Below are positions 59,004 to 64,000 of a stretch of 64,000 nt of DNA, one piece after another. Every line of letters starts with the position of its first letter. The first letter of the stretch is position 1. The stretch is from Eremomyces bilateralis CBS 781.70. Taxonomy: Eukaryota. The stretch lies in assembly GCA_010015585.1 (NCBI GenBank), contig ML975149.1; one strand, given 5' to 3'. The notes beneath the pieces were generated by a model. That model was not told the DNA's origin and ran no database searches. It worked only from the letters and a program-made list of their open reading frames with translations. Both the position numbers and the translations under genes were made by a program.

Positions 59004-60706
59004 ATGACAACAGATTCATTAGTATCCTTGAAGTCGCCTAACGCTGTCGAGCGAGCCGAATACACGCCGCCATGGGCGAACACGAGCATCGTCGGTATCG
59101 CAGGTAGCTCGGGATCAGGCAAGACATCGTTGGCATTAGCCATTGTCGCGCAATTGAATCTGCCATGGGTTGTGATTTTGTCGATGGTATGGATTGAACA
59201 TTTGCTATTCATCTACTACATCGTCTCGGGTACCTCTGCAATAGGAAACATCAAGCTAATATCGGGCCCAGGACTCGTTCTATAAAGTCCTCACGCCCGA
59301 TCAATCCGCCTGTGCATTCAGGAATGAATTCGATTTCGACGCGCCAGAAGCGATTGACTTCGACGTTCTGGTGGATCGATTAAGGGATATCAAAGCAGGG
59401 TACTGATCCAGCCTCGTCCCCCTCCCTCTGATTACCTATGCTATGCCCCCAACAGTGTATATCATGCTCACAACCACGCAGAAGAAAAGCGGAAATCCCC
59501 ATCTATTCCTTTGAGAAACATTCGCGACTGGACAAAACGACCACCATCTACTCCCCGCACGTCCTGATCCTTGAAGGCATCTTCGCCCTCCACGATCCCC
59601 GCGTGCTGGACATGTTAGATCTCAAGGTACCTATCTCCCCCTCACTTCCCTTACCTGTAATATTCGTTCTCCCTCTCCGTCTCACCATCCATTTATAGAT
59701 CTTCGCCGAAGCCGACGCCGACGTCTGCCTCTCCCGCCGCCTCCTCCGCGACGTCGAGCAGCGCGGCCGCGACATCGCCGGCTGCATGAAACAATGGTTC
59801 CGCTTCGTCAAGCCCAACTTCCACAAATACGTGGAGCCCCAACGCCACGTCGCGGACATCATCGTGCCGCGGGGAATCGAGAACCCCGTGGCGATCGGGA
59901 TGATCTCCGACCGGGTGCGGAAGATCCTCGAAGATAAGAGCCGCCGACACCAGGGCGAGTTGCGGCGGCTGGGGCAGTTGGCGAGGGCGGAGGGAGAGGC
60001 GCGCGGGGTGGGGCGGAATGTGGTGGTGGTGGAGCGGACGGCGCAGGTACGGGGGATGGAGACGCTGGTGATGGACAACGATCTATCGCGGGAGGAGTTC
60101 GTGTTTTACTTTGATCGGTTGGTCGGCGTGCTGGTGGAGCGGGCGGTGGGGCTGCAGGCGTTCCTGCCGAGTCAGGTGGAGACGCCGCAGCGGACGCTGT
60201 TTCTCGGGTTGCGGCCGGCGGGGGAGATCACGGCGGTGGTGTTATTGCGGGGGGGTGGCGCGCTCGAGGCGGGGTTGAGGAGGGTTATCCCGGATTGCTG
60301 TACGGGCCGGTTGCTGATCCAGACCCACGAGGAGACAGAGGAGCCGAGTCTGCATTTTCGGAAGCTGCCGCCGGATATCGGGCGGCCGCGGGCGGAGACG
60401 GCGGGTGGGAGTTGGCGAGATGGGGAGAGTAGTGGGAGTATCAGTAGTCGGGAGGGGGAGGGGGGCTTGGTGCTGTTGCTGGACAGTCAGTTGAAGACGG
60501 GGGGCGCGGCGCTGATGGCGGTGCGGGTGCTGGTGGACTTCGGCGTGCCTGAGGAGAAGATCGTGATCGTGTGCTACGAGGCGCCGCGCGTCGGGTTGAG
60601 GCGGATCTTGAGCGTGTATCCGAATGTCAGGGCGGTCGTGGTGCGGATCGTGGAGGATGGGAAGGTGACGGATCGGTGGGTGGAGCGGAGGTATTTTGGG
60701 ACTTGA
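59004..60706 (+). CDS. URK1: Uridine kinase with C-terminal UPRT-like domain
   Basis: GIAGSSGSGKT, DFDAPEAIDF, ILEGIFALHD, RRLLRDVEQRGRD, FVFYFDRL; 3 introns. Confidence 0.92.
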
Positions 60707-61260
60707 TAGGGGAACCGATTCTAGACTTTCGTGCTAGATGAGAACATAGGATGTAATGCATCAACTTGGAAGTAAGGGGTCATAGAACGAGATGGTTTAC
60801 TGATCATTACAATTTTTTTTAGCGTCAATTCAACGACCGGACGAGCTCATCCGCAAAAACCGGGCGTGCGACTAGGTAGATATATAAAAAGAGTGATGCA
60901 TTGTTTTGCCAGTAGAGAACTCCGCTCTCAGAAAGATCGGGAACCCGGACGCCGTTCACACGAAGACCATCCCGTCAGGAGCGACAAAAGTAAAAGAAAA
61001 AAAAGGGAACCAGAACGAAAGTGCATGGCCGAACTCGACCCAAATGCTGGTATCTACCTGGGAAAGCCCCTTCAACCTCCGAATTTTGTAGACGTGTCCG
61101 GATCTCCCGACTCGACCAATGTAGGCCCTCCGTCAGCAACATCAAAGCCAACCCCTCTCTCACAAGGAACCACCGAACCCACCGCTCCGTTACCCTTCAA
61201 GGGCCCGAACCCTATCACAGAACCCCCGAGCTCGAAACTTGAAGCCGATAGGAAACCATC

Positions 61261-62788
61261 CTAACCGAAGAAAAACGAAATACCCGCCCCCACCGCCAAC
61301 GTGGCCGCCAATCCGGCATAAGCTCTCGTCCTGACCTTCTCTTTCTTCACGACCGCCTCCGTCTTCGCCTTCTTCACACTCGGTCCTCCGGCCGCGACCT
61401 CCACCGCCTCCTCGGCCTCGCCCTCCTTCTCCACCTCAATCTCTTCCGCCTTTCGCTTCGCGCCCCGCTTCTTCGACGGCCCCTCCAACTTCTTCGCCTC
61501 CGATACCATCTCGCTCGCCGTCGCCACGAGATCCCCCGTATCCTGCGGCAGAGGCAGGTCCGGGTGCTCCGCGGGGATCTCCACGCGCACCGCAGTCGTC
61601 GTCACCTCCTCCGGGCCGCGCGACAACACCGCCTCGTCGACCTCCACCTGGACTCGGTCGTTCGGCCCCGTGGCCGGCGCACTCGTCTCCCCTGCCACCG
61701 CCGTGCTTCCGTTCGTCACGACTTGCTGAAGGGTCTTGCTGGCCGCGCTGGCGCCGCGCGACTTGCCAGCGCTGGGTTTCTCGGTGGCGGCCGCCTTGCC
61801 GTCTTCGGTGGGCGTCGCGTCTTTCTTGACAGTGCGCTTGCGTGGTGAGGCGATCTTGCGGGCGGGGGTGCCGGAGGTTTTGGAGGGGGAGGCGGAGCGG
61901 AGTTCACGGCGGCGCGCGGAGGTTGGGGGTGGGAGGGAGGCGCCGGAAGGTGGGTCGGCGGGGTTGGTGGACTCTTCCATTTCTTTCTTAAGGAAGCGCG
62001 GAGGGACGTTGTAATCTGGGGGGGATGAGATGTCGAGGTGGGCATCTTTGCCGGGCTTCTCGATGTTCTCCGAGGAGAGGAGGGCGATGATCCAGGGGAG
62101 CATCTTGTATTCGTCGGAGAGTTTGAGAGCTGGTCGAGAGCGTCAGTATATTGGATCTGCGTTAGATGCGCGTCGTGGGGATGGCTTACCATCTAGTGGA
62201 GAAATCCAGACGTTTCCGGCAACCTCGCTGGGACCAGCAGACTTCAGGCTCTTATGGTGAAATCGCTCTGTGGTCTCCTCTTGCACGGAAGCCCAGGGGA
62301 AAGCTGCCTTGAACATTCCCGTCGCGCTGATGAATCCATCGCTGCTTCGTCTCTGTATCATTTCCGTTAGCCCATGACCTTAATTCCCACACGCGACATC
62401 AAAGCGCGTCATTTCGTGGGGTTCGATTGCGCAAGCGAGGGGTATCCTACCATCAAAAAATACGATTCCGGGTATGTCTGGTTTTTCGCCGTGAAAATGC
62501 CCGAGCCCTTGAGGTCCTTCGGCAGGGGCACGCGCAAATGCGCGTAGTCGAACTTCCCCAGGTTCTCCGCATTCGACGCGTTGGCGACGCCGGCCTGACC
62601 CGGTTTGACGGAGAGATCGGTCTGGCCGAGTTTGCGACGTTCGGTCAAAATCTCCTCTGCGATGCGGATTAGGTTAGTTGCGAGGCTGCGACGCGCTGGA
62701 GTTCGGGCGAAGGACACGTACGAGGAGGAGTATGCTCAGCATCGACCAACGGGTTGCGCTTCTCGGGCAAGTCGCGCTTTGGAGCCAT
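61261..62788 (-). CDS. bqt4: APSES/KilA-N domain tail-anchored protein, Bqt4-like
   Basis: [61 protein letters not shown]-terminal transmembrane [20 protein letters not shown]. Confidence 0.85.
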
Positions 62789-64000
62789 TGGGAAGATTGT
62801 GCGACACGAGGATGATTGCTATCCTTGACAATAGGAGCGCGGACGCTGAGGGGGATTGAAACGGGTCGGAGACGGCGAGCAGCGCGTGCGCAGACTGGCG
62901 AATGAGACGAGACCAGCGCAGCAACGTATTAACCACTATATGAAAGGGTTGAGAAGAGAGGTGGTGCAACAGGCAATGATAAGACAATGCAAAGACAATG
63001 AAATTGCGATGCGATAAGCGAGTAAGAGAACAGAAATCTGCGCGGTATGCGACAGAAGGAAAATGGGAGGTGGTCGAATGGGGGGGACCGGGATTGGGGG
63101 GAAGTAGTATGGAGGTTCAGGGACGGGAAGGAGTAATAAGGAGAGATGGGGAGGAGCTCCAAGACAAGAAGGAGCGCAAAGTGCGTGTGAGAGCAGTAAA
63201 GTCAGCACGACAGAACCAAAGAATGAGCACAGAGAGGTGTAATGGAGCTGAACGGCCAGTCGGGGAAAGTGAGATGGACCCTGGGATGGGATGGGGGAGG
63301 GAGGGCTTGGCCATGCGAAGAATTCATTTTGATTTTCGGGACCGTTTTGGCGTAATTGGATGGCTGGTCCAATCAGAGGCCGCTCGCATCACACATTCAC
63401 AGTCGACCGTAGACTCGCAGAGGAGGATTTGAGGTGAAGGATGAAGTCACATGACGGCCATTTGATTGACATTGAATTAACTAAATAATTAATTGATTTT
63501 ACACTGTGGGATCACTTGGAGTTTGGAGGAGACGGTATCGAAAAGAAGTGAATTCAAATACGCCATCCAATGGTTGGACAGGAGAATACACTAGCAATTT
63601 AGCGTTGGAAAGAAATGGCACATGTTGATTTAACTGGCTGAACTTAGGTCGAATATTGACACTAAGCTTGTTACTAAGACAGTGCCCGACCCTCAAGTGA
63701 ATGTCCATTTCGGTTTCGGGGACTCGTCAGGAATTCCGGACTGAAGGACTAATTTGATTAATATAATCAGGCATCCAAGAACTGAAACTACCATAAGGCA
63801 ACTACACGCAACCGGAGCCACCTCCACTCAGCCACGCTGGCCACAGTCCACACAGCAACCCCACACTGCTAAACATCCCACCACACCACCTTCAGAGCTC
63901 GCTTCCATTGATGTTTACACCGCTTTCCACCCCTCTCCTCCTCCCTACATACCACCCCTCAATTGTCTTTCCCATCAATTGCCCACCATGCCCGACAATC

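Noticed and set aside
63470..63780. AT-rich segment with TA-CACTGTGGG resembling a transposon end
   Set aside because: No partner inverted repeat or transposase similarity is visible.
63988..64000. CCACCATG after a C-rich leader, probable start of the next gene
   Set aside because: Only four codons fall in the window, so it cannot be supported.

Overview
Gene-dense, intron-containing genomic DNA of a filamentous ascomycete (Pezizomycotina inferred from GT..CTRAC..YAG introns and gene families). In order: 3' end of an RS/RE-rich gene; RLI1/ABCE1 (-); a 1,476-bp DD37E Tc1-like transposon with perfect 38-bp TIRs, no TA target duplication and two in-frame TGA stops, lying between divergent RLI1 and CHD1; CHD1; a peroxisomal (SKL) acyl-CoA dehydrogenase next to FarB/CTF1-beta; ethanolamine kinase; CLC transporter; cystathionine gamma-synthase; a DUF726 lipase-like protein; and a 2,217-aa multi-PAM2/coiled-coil protein. 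An accessory-looking block follows (about 43-54.4 kb: F-box pseudogene, tRNA-like relic, D-amino acid oxidase, AIF/AMID-like oxidoreductase, HET pseudogene, secreted putative copper enzyme). The window ends with NUF2, GID8 (two intronic box C/D snoRNAs), tRNA-Phe(GAA), URK1 and a Bqt4-like APSES protein. Best leads: an Upa2-like multi-PAM2 scaffold in an ascomycete, a hidden alternative basic+acidic tail or overlapping ORF at the RLI1 stop codon, and non-TA transposon ends. All calls were made by eye from motifs; no searches were run.
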